NCBI GenBank assembly: GCA_963748675.1
Contig: CAVVJX010000004.1
Span: 77,767 to 141,766, forward strand
Direction of reading: 5' to 3'
Length of the DNA: 64,000 nt
From: an uncultured Chloroflexia bacterium
Lineage (GTDB): Bacteria > Chloroflexota > Limnocylindria > Limnocylindrales > CSP1-4
A model generated the notes under the pieces. The model did no database searches and was not told where the DNA came from. It saw only the letters and a list, made by a program, of their open reading frames with translations. Of this stretch, positions 24,957 through 36,417 are shown piece by piece. Both the position numbers and the translations under genes were made by a program. The number at the start of each line of letters is the position of its first letter. Position 1 is the stretch's first letter.

Positions 24957-25579
24957 TCATCGCCGTCCGGGTCGCCGCCGGCAGACGCAGGGACTAGCGC
25001 GCTGCGCGATCGGGGCGACCGCGACGGGTCGACTCGTGCGGCCGGCCCGCCGGGCTCGGATGGCCAGGAACGCGCGCGTCAGCCGGGCCAGGCCGTACTC
25101 GTAGGCCGCCGCACCGAGGTTCGCGCCGCCCAGGAAGATCAGCGCGTCGTCCGCAGACACCGCATCGGTCAGGAGCGCGGCCCCGAACGCCCCCGCGTAG
25201 TAGGGGATCTCCTTGGCGAGTTCGGTGCTGACGTAGCCGACGGCCGAGGCGACCTTGCGCAGGCGCACGGCTCGGCGTCCGGATCGCCGGTCAGGTCGTG
25301 CGCCGCCTTCGAGAGGGCGTTGGTGCTGGTCCCGGTCACCTCGAGCAGGGCCCAGTTCGCCTCGAGGTTGGCCCACAGGCCGATCCCCCAGGTCAGGTAC
25401 GTGCGCGGCCAGGAAGAGCGAGCAGCGCCCAGCGGGGGAGGCCGTCGAGGAGGTGGCTCGCCACGAGCAGCACGCCGGCCGTCGCCGCGATGGCGTCCAG
25501 CGCGTACGCCGACGTCAGCGGTGGCGGCCAGGGTCACGACCCATCGGCCCGGCTTGGCGATCGCCGGTGCGAGCCGCAT
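24957..25579 (-). CDS. Hypothetical membrane protein, divergent from the TetR gene
   Basis: AGGAGG lies upstream of ATG 25579. Hydrophobic segments include ...[12 protein letters not shown]... and ...[17 protein letters not shown].... At least 2 frame breaks. Confidence 0.4.
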
Positions 25580-25596
25580 CGTCCGGCCTCCTGCTG

Positions 25597-25632
25597 GTAC
25601 GTACGGTACGTACGCGTACGTACGGTACGTAC
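25597..25632. promoter_or_regulatory. Four tandem GTACGTAC palindromes (candidate TetR operator array)
   Basis: GTACGTAC-G-GTACGTAC-GC-GTACGTAC-G-GTACGTAC fills the divergent intergenic region between ATG 25579 (minus strand) and ATG 25645 (plus strand). Confidence 0.6.
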
Positions 25633-25644
25633 TCCGAACCGGAA

Positions 25645-26437
25645 ATGTCAAGTACGATGCCGTCGACCGCCGTCACGGGAAGGAGACCGAGATCGCCACG
25701 AACGACTCGCCCGGACGCTCGACGCTGTCGAGCCGGCAGGCGCGGCAGCGCTACGTCGAGCTCGCGGAGCTCGCTGTCCTGGAGCAGATCCAGCGCGACG
25801 CCGAGACGCTCGACCGCGAGTCGATCGCCGTCGGCCCGTTCGCTGCGCCTCGACGCGAACGCGGTGGCGGCCAAGGATGGCAAGACCCGCGGCGACGATC
25901 AGCAACCTGTTCGGGAGCCAGGCGGCCTTCCAGGCCGAGACGATGGCGCTGGCCCTCTCCGCGCGCGACTGGATCGAGCACATCGAGTACCCGTCACCCG
26001 GCGACTACCCGACGGCCGACGCCTGGGTCGACGCCTTCTTCGCGGCCGAGTCGGCGCGTGGTCCGCATCGCGGCGTCGATCCCGACGGTCGTCCTACGCC
26101 TTCCTCTGGGCGATCTGGCTCAGCCCGTGCCGTACGGTCTGTGGAGCGAACGGATCCGCCAGCCCAGCATGGAGGAGCACGTGCAGTGGCTGGATCGGCT
26201 CGAGGACGGTCCTGCGGGACGCGCTCGAGCACTTCGGCCTCGTCATGCGCGACGGGCACGGTCAACGATCTCGCGGGGGCCATCGCGAGCCTCGTCGAGG
26301 GCGTCTGGCTGAACCAGTGCCTGACCGATCGACACCCATCCGACCCGTCGGAGCCGATCTCGACGCTGCTGCGCCGCTCCGGGCGCATGCTGTGGCTCGG
26401 CGCGACCGGGCCGCGCGACGAGCCAGGGGAACGCTGA
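25645..26437 (+). CDS. TetR-family transcriptional regulator
   Basis: HTH-type stretch ...[25 protein letters not shown].... The C-terminal part ...[21 protein letters not shown]... is intact. At least 5 frame breaks. Confidence 0.6.
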
Positions 26438-26460
26438 GCGGTCGCCAGCGTCGGCGCCGC

Positions 26461-26466
26461 TACAAT
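26461..26466 (+). promoter_or_regulatory. -10-like TACAAT placed for a leaderless icd transcript
   Basis: TACAAT ends 7 nt before ATG 26474, and there is no Shine-Dalgarno sequence between them. Confidence 0.35.
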
Positions 26467-26473
26467 CGGGACC

Positions 26474-27515
26474 ATGGCCCACCGAGTCACCCTGATCCCC
26501 GGCGACGGCATCGGTCCGGAGCTGGCGGAGGCGACGCGTCGCGTCCTCGACGCGTCCGGCGTCGAGTTCGAATGGGAGGTGGTCGACGCGGGCGAGGCCG
26601 TGATGGCCGAGTACGGCACGCCGCTCCCGGAGCACGTCCTCGAGTCGATCCGCCGGAACAAGGTCGCCCTCAAGGGCCCGATCACGACCCCGGTCGGCGA
26701 GGGCTTCCGCAGCGTCAACGTCACGCTGCGCCAGGCCCTCGACCTGTACGCGAACCTGCGGCCGGCCCGCTCGATCAAGGGCCTCGAGTCGCGCTACGAG
26801 GACGTCGACCTCGTCATCGTCCGCGAGAACACCGAGGACCTGTACGCCGGCATCGAGCACATGGTCGGCCGCGACGCCGCGGAGAGCATCAAGATCATCA
26901 CCCGCGAGGCGTCGGAGCGGATCGCCCGCTTCGCGTTCGAGTACGCGGTCGCCAACGGCCGGCGCAAGGTCACGGCCGTCCACAAGGCCAACATCATGAA
27001 GCTGTCCGACGGCCTGTTCCTCGAGAGCTGCCGGACGGTCGCCGCCGAGTACGACGGCCGGATCGAGTTCGAGGACCGCATCGTCGACAACATGTGCATG
27101 CAGCTCGTCCAGAAGCCGGACCTGTACGACGTGCTCGTGCTGCCGAACCTCTACGGCGACATCGTCAGCGACCTCGCGGCCGGCCTCGTCGGCGGGCTGG
27201 GCGTCGCGCCGGGCGCGAACATCGGGCATCGAAGGCGGCGGTCTTCGAGCCGGTCCACGGCTCGGCGCCGAAGTACGCCGGCCTCAACAAGGCGAACCCG
27301 ACCGCGCTGATCCTGTCCGGCGTGCTGATGCTCCGCCACCTCGGCTATCCCGAGACCGCCGAGCGGGTCGAGAGGCGCCGTGCGCGACGTCATCGCCGAC
27401 GGCCGCGGCGACCACGTACGACCTGGGCGGCGACGCCGGCACCAGCCAGTTCGCCGACGCGATCATCGAGCGCCTGGCCGCCACGCCCGCCGGGGCGTCC
27501 GCCCGAGCCGACTAG
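26474..27515 (+). CDS. icd: Isocitrate dehydrogenase (NAD-type, isocitrate/isopropylmalate dehydrogenase family)
   Basis: [17 protein letters not shown]..., [34 protein letters not shown], and [19 protein letters not shown]. The first ~750 bp are intact, followed by 3 frame breaks. Assignment as icd rather than leuB is based on the TCA context. Confidence 0.8.
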
Positions 27516-27553
27516 CGCGACCCGCGACACCCGATCGGAGGACTCGAAGCTCG

Positions 27554-28389
27554 ATGACCACGCTTCCGACGCAGGCCCGGCCGCGGATCGGCGCCTCCCG
27601 CCGAAGCCCGCCGGGCACGGCTCCGCGCGGCTTCGGGGCGACGCAGCCGACGCGACCGCGTGGTGGCTGGCGCCCGCGGTCCAGGGGACGCTCTTCACGG
27701 TCTGCGCCACGTACCTCTTCGTCAGCGGGATCCTGCTGTGACGCCGCTGTTCGGGACAGTCCCGTACGAGGTCGACGGCTACCTCTCGCCGCTCTTCTCG
27801 CCGCTGATCGCGCCCGGCGTGGCTGCCGACCTGGCTCAGCCCGGGCCTGCTCATCCTGTGGATCCCGCTCGGCTTCCGGGCCACCTGCTACTACTACCGC
27901 AAGGCCTACTACCGCTTCTACTTCGCCGATCCGCCGGGCTGTGCCGTCGGCGAGCCCACGATCCACCGCCGCTACCGGATGGAGACGGCCCTCCCGTTCA
28001 TCCTCCAGAACCTCCACCGGTTCTTCCTGTATCTCGCGTTCATCCCGCTCTTCTTCCTGTGGGTCGACGCGGCCCTGTCGCTGCGCTTCGAGGGGCAGTG
28101 GCGGATCGGCCTCGGCGTCGTGATCCTCGCTCGTCAACGCGGCCCTGCTGACGCGGGTACTCGCTGTCGTGCCACTCGCTGCGCCACCTCGTCGGCGGCC
28201 GGCTCGACTGCTTCTCGTGCACGCGCCGCACGCAGGTCCGCCACTGGCGCTCTGGCAGCGCCTCACGTCGCTGAACCGCCACCACATGGCGTGGGCCTGG
28301 GCGAGCCTGATCTCGGTGACGCTCGCCGACGTCTACGTCCGGCTCCTGGCGCGATCGGGGTCATCACCGACCCGGCGATCCTCTTCTAG
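27554..28389 (+). CDS. sdhC: Succinate dehydrogenase/fumarate reductase cytochrome b subunit (b558-type)
   Basis: Hydrophobic protein immediately upstream of sdhA (...[18 protein letters not shown]..., ...[19 protein letters not shown]...). At least 5 frame breaks. Confidence 0.6.
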
Positions 28390-28401
28390 GCGCGCCGAGC
28401 C

Positions 28402-30246
28402 ATGGCCCGATCCGACGACCGCAGACCCACCCACACGACGTCCTCGTCATCGGCGCCGGCGGCGCCGGGCTGCGCGCCGCGATCGAGGCGCGCGGCCGCC
28501 GGCGCGAGCGTCGGGCTCGTCTGCAAGTCGCTGCTCGGCAAGGCCCACACGGTCATGGCCGAGGGCGGCGTCGCGGCGGCGCTGGGCAACGTCGCGGCGG
28601 CGGACTCGTGGCAGGTCCACTTCCGCGACACGATGGTCGGCGGCAAGCTCCTGAACAACCCGCGGATGGCCGAGCTCCACGCGAAGGAGGCGCCCGGCCC
28701 GGGTCCACGAGCTCGAGCGCTGGGGCGCCGTCTTCGACCGGACGCGCGACGGCCGGATCCTCCAGCGACCGTTCGGCGGCCACTCGCACCCGCGCCTCGC
28801 CCACGTCGGCGACCGGACCGGCCTCGAGATGATCCGCACGCTCCAGGACCGGGCGGTGGCCGCCGGGCATCGACGTCTACATGGAGTGCACGATCACGCG
28901 CCTCATGACCGGGCCGGCGGCCGGGTGACCGGCGCCTTCGGCTACTGGCGGACGACGGGCGTGCCGATCGTCTTCCCGGCCAAGGCGATCGTCCTCGCGA
29001 CCGGCGGGATCGGCAAGGCGTACGAGGTCACCTCGAACTCGTGGGAGTACAGCGGCGACGGCCAGGCGCTGGCCTACGACGCCGGCGCCGAGCTCATCGA
29101 CATGGAGTTCGTCCAGTTCCACCCGACCGGCATGGTCTGGCCGCCGGGCGTCCGCGGCCTGCTGGTGACCGAGGCCGTCCGCGGCGAGGGCGGGATCCTG
29201 CGCAACAGCGACGGCGAGCGGTTCATGTGGACGTACCTGCCCGAGGACCGTCGCGCCGAGTACGCCGCGACCGACGAGGAGGCCGCCCGCTGGGTCGACG
29301 GCGCTGTCGCGAGGGCCGCGAGACCGACGCCCGGCGGCCGCCCGAGCTGTCCACCCGCGACAACGTCGCGCGGGCCATCTACACCGAGGTCCGCGAGGGC
29401 CGCGGCTCGCCGCACGGCGGCGTCTTCCTCGACATCAGCTACCTGCCGGCCGAGCCACGTCCGGCGCAAGCTGCCCTCGATGTACGAGCAGTTCAAGGAG
29501 CTCGCCGACGTCGACATCACGACGGGCCCGATGGAGGTCGGGCCGACGACGCACTACGTCATGGGCGGCATCCGGGTCGACGCCGAGACGGGCGCGACGA
29601 CGCGTGCCGGGCCTGTACGCGGCGGGCGAGGTCGCGGGCGGCATGCACGGCGCGAACCGGCTCGGCGGCAACTCGCTCTCGGACCTGCTCGTGTTCGGCG
29701 CCCGGACCGGGCGCGGCCGCGGCCGCCCACGCGGCGGCCGAGGCGCCGTCGCCGTACGTCGACCCGCTCCAGGTCGAGGCCGCCGACGCGCGAGCTCGAC
29801 GCGCCGCTCGAGCGGGCCGACGGCGAGGACCCGTACGCCATCCAGCGCGACCTCCAGGACGACGATGCAGCGCCTGGTCGGCATCTTCCGCGATCGAGGC
29901 CGACCTCGAGCGACGCGCTCGATCGAGCTGGCCGCGCTCCGGACGCGCTGGCGCGAACGATGCGCGGTCACCGGCGGCCGGGCCTACAACCCCGGCTGGA
30001 ACCTCGTCTTCGAGCTGCGCAACCTGCTGATCGTCTCCGAGGCGATCACGCGCAGCGCCCGGCAGCGGACCGAGAGCCGCGGCGCCCACAGCCGCCTCGA
30101 CCATCCCGGCCACCGACGACGAGCACTGGGGCACGCGTCAACAGCGTCGTCTCGCTCGCGGGCGACGGCGCGATGGCCGTCACGGACCGCGCCGCTCCCG
30201 ACGATGCCCGACGAGCTCGCGCGGCCTCCTCGACGGCGCGCACTGA
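28402..30246 (+). CDS. sdhA: Succinate dehydrogenase flavoprotein subunit
   Basis: [53 protein letters not shown], and [20 protein letters not shown]. At least 8 frame breaks. Confidence 0.9.
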
Positions 30247-30260
30247 CGACGGAGCGATCG

Positions 30261-31126
30261 ATGCCCGACGCGCACCTCAGGGTCTTCCGCGGCAGCCCCG
30301 GCGACGCCCGGCCACTTCGACGAGTTCGACGTGCCCGGTCGAGGAGGGGATGGTCGTCCTCGACGCCCTCCACTGGATCCAGGGCCACGAGGCGCCCGGA
30401 CCTGGCGGTCCGCTGGAACTGCAAGGCCGCCAAGTGCGGCTCGTGCAGCGCCGAGGTCAACGGCCGGCCGCGCCTGACCTGCAAGACGCGCCTGTCCGAC
30501 TTCGACCTCGACGAGCCGATCACCGTCGAGCCGATGCGCGCCTTCCCGCTCATCCGCGACCTCGTGACCGACGTCTCCTGGAACTACGAGGTCAACAAGA
30601 CGATCCAGCCGTTCACGCCGCCCGAGGACGTGCCCGCAGGAGGACTGGCGCTGGCAGCAGCAGGACATCGAGCGGGTCCAGGAGTACCGCAAGTGCATCG
30701 AGTGCTTCCTGTGCCAGGACGTCTGCCACGTGCTGCGCAACCACGAGACCGAGAACGCCGTTCATGGGCCCGCGCTTCCTCGTCCGGGCCGCCGGCCTGG
30801 AGATGCACCCGATCGACCAGGCCGACCGGCGCGAGTACCTCAAGGACACCGGCGGCATCGGCTACTGCAACATCACCAAGTGCTGCACCGAGGTCTGCCC
30901 GGAGCACATCAAGATCACCGACAACGCGATCATCCCGCTCAAGGAACGCGTCGCCGACCAGTACTACGACCCGCTCCAGATGGCCTGGCGCTTGCTGCGC
31001 GGCGGCGACGAGTCGTCGAGCGGCCGGGTCGAGCTGCCGGTCCTGCCAGGGCCACGCCCCGGACACGTCGCCCGACGCGAGCCCCGATTCGAGCGATCAC
31101 GCTCTGTCCGCGAGCTGGCGGCCTGA
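30261..31126 (+). CDS. sdhB: Succinate dehydrogenase iron-sulfur subunit
   Basis: Cysteine clusters [28 protein letters not shown] and [12 protein letters not shown]. At least 4 frame breaks. The stop is in a TGATG overlap with rnhA. Confidence 0.85.
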
Positions 31127-31663
31127 TGACACGCTGGTCGCGGACGCCGAGGCGCCGGAGCGCTCGGTCGTCGGCGACCGGCTTCGTCATCCGCACGGAC
31201 GGCGCGGCGCGCGGCAACCCGGGCCCGGCCTCGCTCGGCGCGGCGCTCTTCGACCTGCGGCGGCCGCGATGCCCGCGACCACCGGGCGCGTCCCGGACGC
31301 CTCGATCTCCGACTACCTCGGCGTCCAGACCAACAACGTGGCCGAGTACACCGGGCGTCGTGCGGGCGCTCGACCTGGCCCGGGAGCTGGGCGCCCGCGA
31401 GGTCCACCTGCTGCTCGACTCGAAGCTGATCGTCGAGCAGCTCGCCGGCCGCTGGCGGGTCAAGGACGCCAAGCTCATCCCGCTCTGGACGGCGGCGCGC
31501 CAGACGCTGGCCGGGTTCGACCGCTGGACCGCCGGCCACGTGCCGCGGGCGCAGAACTCGGTGGCGGATCGCGCTCGCCAACGAGGCGATCGACCGGGCC
31601 CAGGCCGGTGGCCCGGACGTCGGTCGTGCGCCGGCCGGTCGGCCTGAGTCCGGACGCCGATGA
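31126..31663 (+). CDS. rnhA: Ribonuclease HI-type protein
   Basis: ...[24 protein letters not shown]..., [36 protein letters not shown], and [17 protein letters not shown]. 3 frame breaks. Confidence 0.8.
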
Positions 31664-32069
31664 CGCGATCCGAACGCGCCGCGAGCCATCCCCGGGGAGC
31701 TGGCCGCGATGACCGTCCGGTCCGATGGCGGCGCTGCGCTCGCGCCGGCCTGACCGTCGTCGGCGTTCGTCGCTGCACGACCGCCGGCGCTCGTCGGTCC
31801 AGTGTCGCGCCGTGGTCGCGGCGCCGCTACGTGCGTGCTGCCCGTCGGACGGCTCGGTCGGCGGGTGGCTGCGATCCGCGGCGTCAGCGCCTGCGATCGT
31901 GCGGCGCCAGCGCACGCTCTGGGCGGCCATCGGTGCTCGGTCAGCTCGACGCTGCGCCGTGCGAGGGCTGTCGGCGCGATCGAGACGCGTCTGCGTGCGC
32001 TCGCGGGCGACTCGTCACGGTCGAGCGGGCTGATCCTGCGCGATCGGCGGCTGAGGTCGCTCGTCGGCG

Positions 32070-32075
32070 TAGACT
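32070..32075 (+). promoter_or_regulatory. -10-like TAGACT upstream of rnpB
   Basis: It ends about 6-7 nt before the first base of the P1 helix. Confidence 0.35.
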
Positions 32076-32079
32076 CACG

Positions 32080-32463
32080 CGGTCAGCGAGGCGGTCGGAT
32101 GGTCGCGCGCCGCGCGGGGAGACCCGTGCGGCGTGAGGAAAGTCCGAGCTCCGCAGCGCAGGGTGGCGGGTAACGCCCGTCCGCCGCGAGGCGAGGACCA
32201 GTGCCACAGTGACGATGCCGGCCGCCGGCCGTCGAGCCGGCGATCGGAGTGAAACGCGGCAAACTCCACCCGGAGCAAGGCCAAATAGGAGGGCGCAACC
32301 CGGCGGCGGGCAACCGTCGTCGGGGGAGAGGTGCGCTGCCCAGCCCTCGGGTCGGCCGCATGAGCCGTCGGGCGACCGGCGGCCCCAGATGGATGGCCAT
32401 CCCCGTCCGCCGCTACGGCGGCGACGGGACAGAACTCGGCTTACAGACCGCCTCGCTGACAGC
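32080..32463 (+). ncRNA. rnpB: RNase P RNA, bacterial type A
   Basis: GAGGAAAGTCCGAGCTCC (CR-I), GGGTAACGCCC, AGTGAAACGCGGCAAACTCC, GAGCAAGGCCAAATAGG, and ACAGAACTCGGCTTACAG (CR-V). P1 pairing is 32083-32097 with 32446-32460. Confidence 0.95.
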
Positions 32464-32540
32464 GATCCCGATCGGAACCGCGTGCGTCGCGCGCGTCGAC
32501 GCACGGTGCGCCGTGCGGCTGCCCGCTCAGATGCCGGCGG

Positions 32541-32784
32541 TCAGTCCTCGTCGGGGCGGAAGATGTGCGGCGGCGATGCAGGCGTTGCAGACGGCGTCGC
32601 CGATTCGAGGTCGCCCAGGGGGATCGGCACCTTGCGGTCGGGGAAGAGGCATTCCACGTCGTAGACGCGCTCGCCGCCCGCCTCGACCTGGATCAGGCGC
32701 CGGAAGGTGCAGCGCTTGATGCGGTGCGGCGCCAGGTGGAAGGCGTCGGGCTGCGGCCGGGATGACGGGCAGCGGCAGGGCCAT
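32541..32784 (-). CDS. Small hypothetical protein (about 80 aa)
   Basis: From ATG 32784, high-GC3 segments give MALPLPVIPAAA.DAFHLAPHRIKRCTFRRLIQVEAGGERVYDVECLFPDRKVPIPLGDLE..DAVCNACIAAAHIFRPDED* after about 3 frame repairs. Confidence 0.4.
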
Positions 32785-33018
32785 GCGCGGGTGAAAGCCT
32801 CGTTCCGTGCGGCCGAACGGACGTCCGGTCGACTCGGCGGCGGAGCCTAGCACCACCGCGCGCGTACCGGCAAGGCGCGAAAGGTACTAGCGCGTGCACA
32901 TCGTCACGCTCACGCCGGTCGCGCGACGGGGCTCCGCGGAACGACGATGCTAGCCTTGGCCCACTCCGCAGATCGTCGTGCGGACCGCCGGAGTCGTAGA
33001 CTCCGCGCCGTTCGACCC

Positions 33019-34009
33019 ATGCCAGACGGAGGGCGAGTGGCAGACGACCCGAGCGCCGCTTCACCGCCGCCGAGCCGCCGTACGTCCGGCTCGCGGCGCT
33101 CGCGACGCGTGACCGGCGGCGACGACTGGACCGCCGAGGACGTGCTCGCCGACACCGACGCGCGCTCGGCCGCGGCGAGCGATCCGTCGGCCGCGGCGCC
33201 GATCCCCGACCCATCGAGCTGGCTGCCCGCCCTGGAGGGTCGGTCGACGACGCCGGGCGTCTGCCCGTTCCTGCGCGCGGTCGGCGCGGATGACCGCATC
33301 GGGTTCCCGTTCGAAGCGCCCGACGTGGCCAATCGATGCGCGGCGCTGCACGAGCCGGTGCCGCAGTCGCTGCGACAGCAGGAGCTGGTCTGCCTGACGG
33401 CGGCCACATCAACTGCCCGCGCTACCTGCGCGGCGCGCTCGTCGCGAGCGAGGCGCCGTCGAGGCGGCGGGTCGCGCCCGATCCTCACGCCGGCGATCAC
33501 CGTGGCCCTCGCCGTGCTCGCGCCTGTCGTTCGGCGTGTCGGTCGCGTTCGTGGTCGCCAACGGCGGGCTGACGCTGCCGGTCGCCGCGGTCGCGGCGAG
33601 TGCGCCGCCGTCGGGGACCGCGGCCGCGGTCGGGCCGACCGGCAGTCCGGACGCGGCGGGCACGCCCGAGCCGACCGCGGCCGCGTCGGCGGCGTCGCCT
33701 CGCCGGTGCCGCCATCGACGTCGCCCGATCCCGACGCCGACGCCCGCGGCGGCGACGCCCGAGCCGACCCCCAGGCCGACGCAGCGACGCCGAGGCCGAC
33801 GCCCACCTCGGACCGCTACGCCCTCCTCAAGCCGTGCCCGAACAAGCCGGATTGCTGGATCTACGTCGATCCGCTCGGGCGACAACCTCTTCAGCATCGC
33901 GAACTACTTCGGCGTCCCGCTCGAGCGGGTCAAGGCGCTGAACCCCTGGACGCGGACCGAGCGCCTCCGGGCCGGCCGCGAGCTGATCCTGCCGCCGCCG
34001 ACCCGCTGA
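33019..34009 (+). CDS. LysM domain membrane protein with a Cys-rich cytoplasmic N-terminus
   Basis: C-terminal LysM domain: [29 protein letters not shown]...LRAGRELILPPP. A TM segment (ILTPAITVALAVLA..) and a Pro/Ala/Thr-rich linker precede it. The N-terminus contains CPFLR...C...C...CPRYL. At least 4 frame breaks. Confidence 0.75.
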
Positions 34010-34114
34010 CCTCGGCCGCCGAGCGGCCGACGCAGCCCGGCTCCCGCTCGCCGCGCGGTCGACGCGGCCGCCGCCCGGAACGCCTGCGGACCGTCCCGTG
34101 TGCGAGATCGCCCA

Positions 34115-34142
34115 TTGACGGGGCCGATCTGCGCGCTAGAAT
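34115..34142 (+). promoter_or_regulatory. dcw (Pmra-type) promoter: TTGACG, 16-nt spacer, TAGAAT
   Basis: The -35 element TTGACG is at 34115-34120 and the -10 element TAGAAT is at 34137-34142. This is the closest match to a sigma-70 consensus I saw in the window. Confidence 0.6.
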
Positions 34143-34148
34143 GCATCG

Positions 34149-34174
34149 AAGTGGCGCAAAGTGGTGAGAAGTGG
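34149..34174 (+). promoter_or_regulatory. Three AAGTGG direct repeats with exact 10-bp phasing (MraZ-box-like)
   Basis: AAGTGG occurs at 34149, 34159 and 34169, immediately downstream of the -10 element and about 125 nt upstream of the mraZ GTG. Confidence 0.55.
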
Positions 34175-34299
34175 GGAGTCACGACGCTCCCGGGAAGCCC
34201 ACCACCGACCCGGCCCACATGACGGGCCATCGCGCCAGCGCCGCCGTACCGACCAGCCGTTCGCGGATCAGCCGCAACCAGACAGGGGTAGCCCGACAG

Positions 34300-34734
34300 G
34301 TGTTCACCGGCGAGTACCGGCACACGGTGGACGACAAGGGACGGATCGCCGTCCCCGCGAAGTTCCGCGCCCAGCTCGATGCGGGCGCGGTCGTCTCGCG
34401 CTGGCTCGATCGCCTGCCTCGCGATCCACACCCAGGCCGGCTGGGAGGACCTCTCGGCGAAGGTCGCGGCCCTGCCGCATCACCGATCCAGACGCGCGCG
34501 CCGCTTCTCAGCGGTTCGTCTTCGCCGGCGCGTTCGAGGCCGAGCTCGACCGCCAGGGTCGCGTGCTCGTCCCGGCCTACCTGCGCGAGGCGATCGGCCT
34601 GGCCGGCGAGGCCGTGGTCGTCGGGTCGCGCGATCACGCCGAGATCTGGGCGCCCGGCCGGTGGGACGAGTACCAGCCAGGCGCTCGACGACCCGCAAGC
34701 GCTGGCCGAGGCCTTCGAAGGGCTCGGGATCTAG
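34300..34734 (+). CDS. mraZ: Transcriptional regulator MraZ
   Basis: (GTG)[22 protein letters not shown]... and the second repeat ...[16 protein letters not shown].... 3 frame breaks. Confidence 0.9.
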   Translation: MFTGEYRHTVDDKGRIAVPAKFRAQLDAGAVVSRWLDRLPRDPHPGRLGGPLGEGRGPAASPIQTRAPLLSGSSSPARSRPSSTARVACSSRPTCARRSAWPARPWSSGRAITPRSGRPAGGTSTSQALDDPQALAEAFEGLGI

Positions 34735-34793
34735 CGCCACCACATGCGCTTCCAGGGTCCGCTCGGGATCCGATCGTTCTGGATGGAGGAGAG

Positions 34794-36016
<1,223 letters not shown>

Positions 36017-36018
36017 CG

Positions 36019-36402
36019 ATGGCCGTCTACGAGGGCGCACGCCCACGAACCATCGCCCTGCCCCGGGCGCCGCGTGTCGCGGACGGCCCGACGCTCGGGC
36101 GACGTCGCATGCGCACGGCCGTCCGGGCCGGCCGGCGGCCCAGCCGCCTCGGCCTCGTCCTCGGGGTCATCGTCGTCGCGTTCCTGCTGGCCTTCTTCTC
36201 GCTCGCGCAGGACGTCCGCGTGTCCGCCACCAGCTACGACATCGACCGCCTCGAGGTCGAGCCGCGAGCGACTCGACGCCCAGGACCAGGACCTGCGCTC
36301 CGACCTCAACCGCCTCGGCCACGAGCCGGCCATCCGCAAGCAGGCGCATCGACGCCGGTCTCGACCCAGCTGGGCGAGCCGATCGTCCTCCCGGCTCGCT
36401 GA
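36019..36402 (+). CDS. ftsL: Cell division protein FtsL-like (single TM plus coiled coil)
   Basis: ...RLGLVLGVIVVAFLLAFFSLAQDVRVSATSYDIDRLE...LDAQDQDLRSDLNRLGHEPAIRKQA.... Assigned by its position between rsmH and ftsI. 2 frame breaks. Confidence 0.7.
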   Translation: MAVYEGARPRTIALPRAPRVADGPTLGRRRMRTAVRAGRRPSRLGLVLGVIVVAFLLAFFSLAQDVRVSATSYDIDRLEVEPRATRRPGPGPALRPQPPRPRAGHPQAGASTPVSTQLGEPIVLPAR

Positions 36403-36417
36403 GTCGATCGACCGACG

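Noticed and set aside
25597-25632. The GTAC repeat array as a CRISPR array or microsatellite.
   Set aside because: The units are only 8 bp long with 1-2 nt gaps. There are no spacers, leader or cas genes. The position between divergent starts fits an operator.
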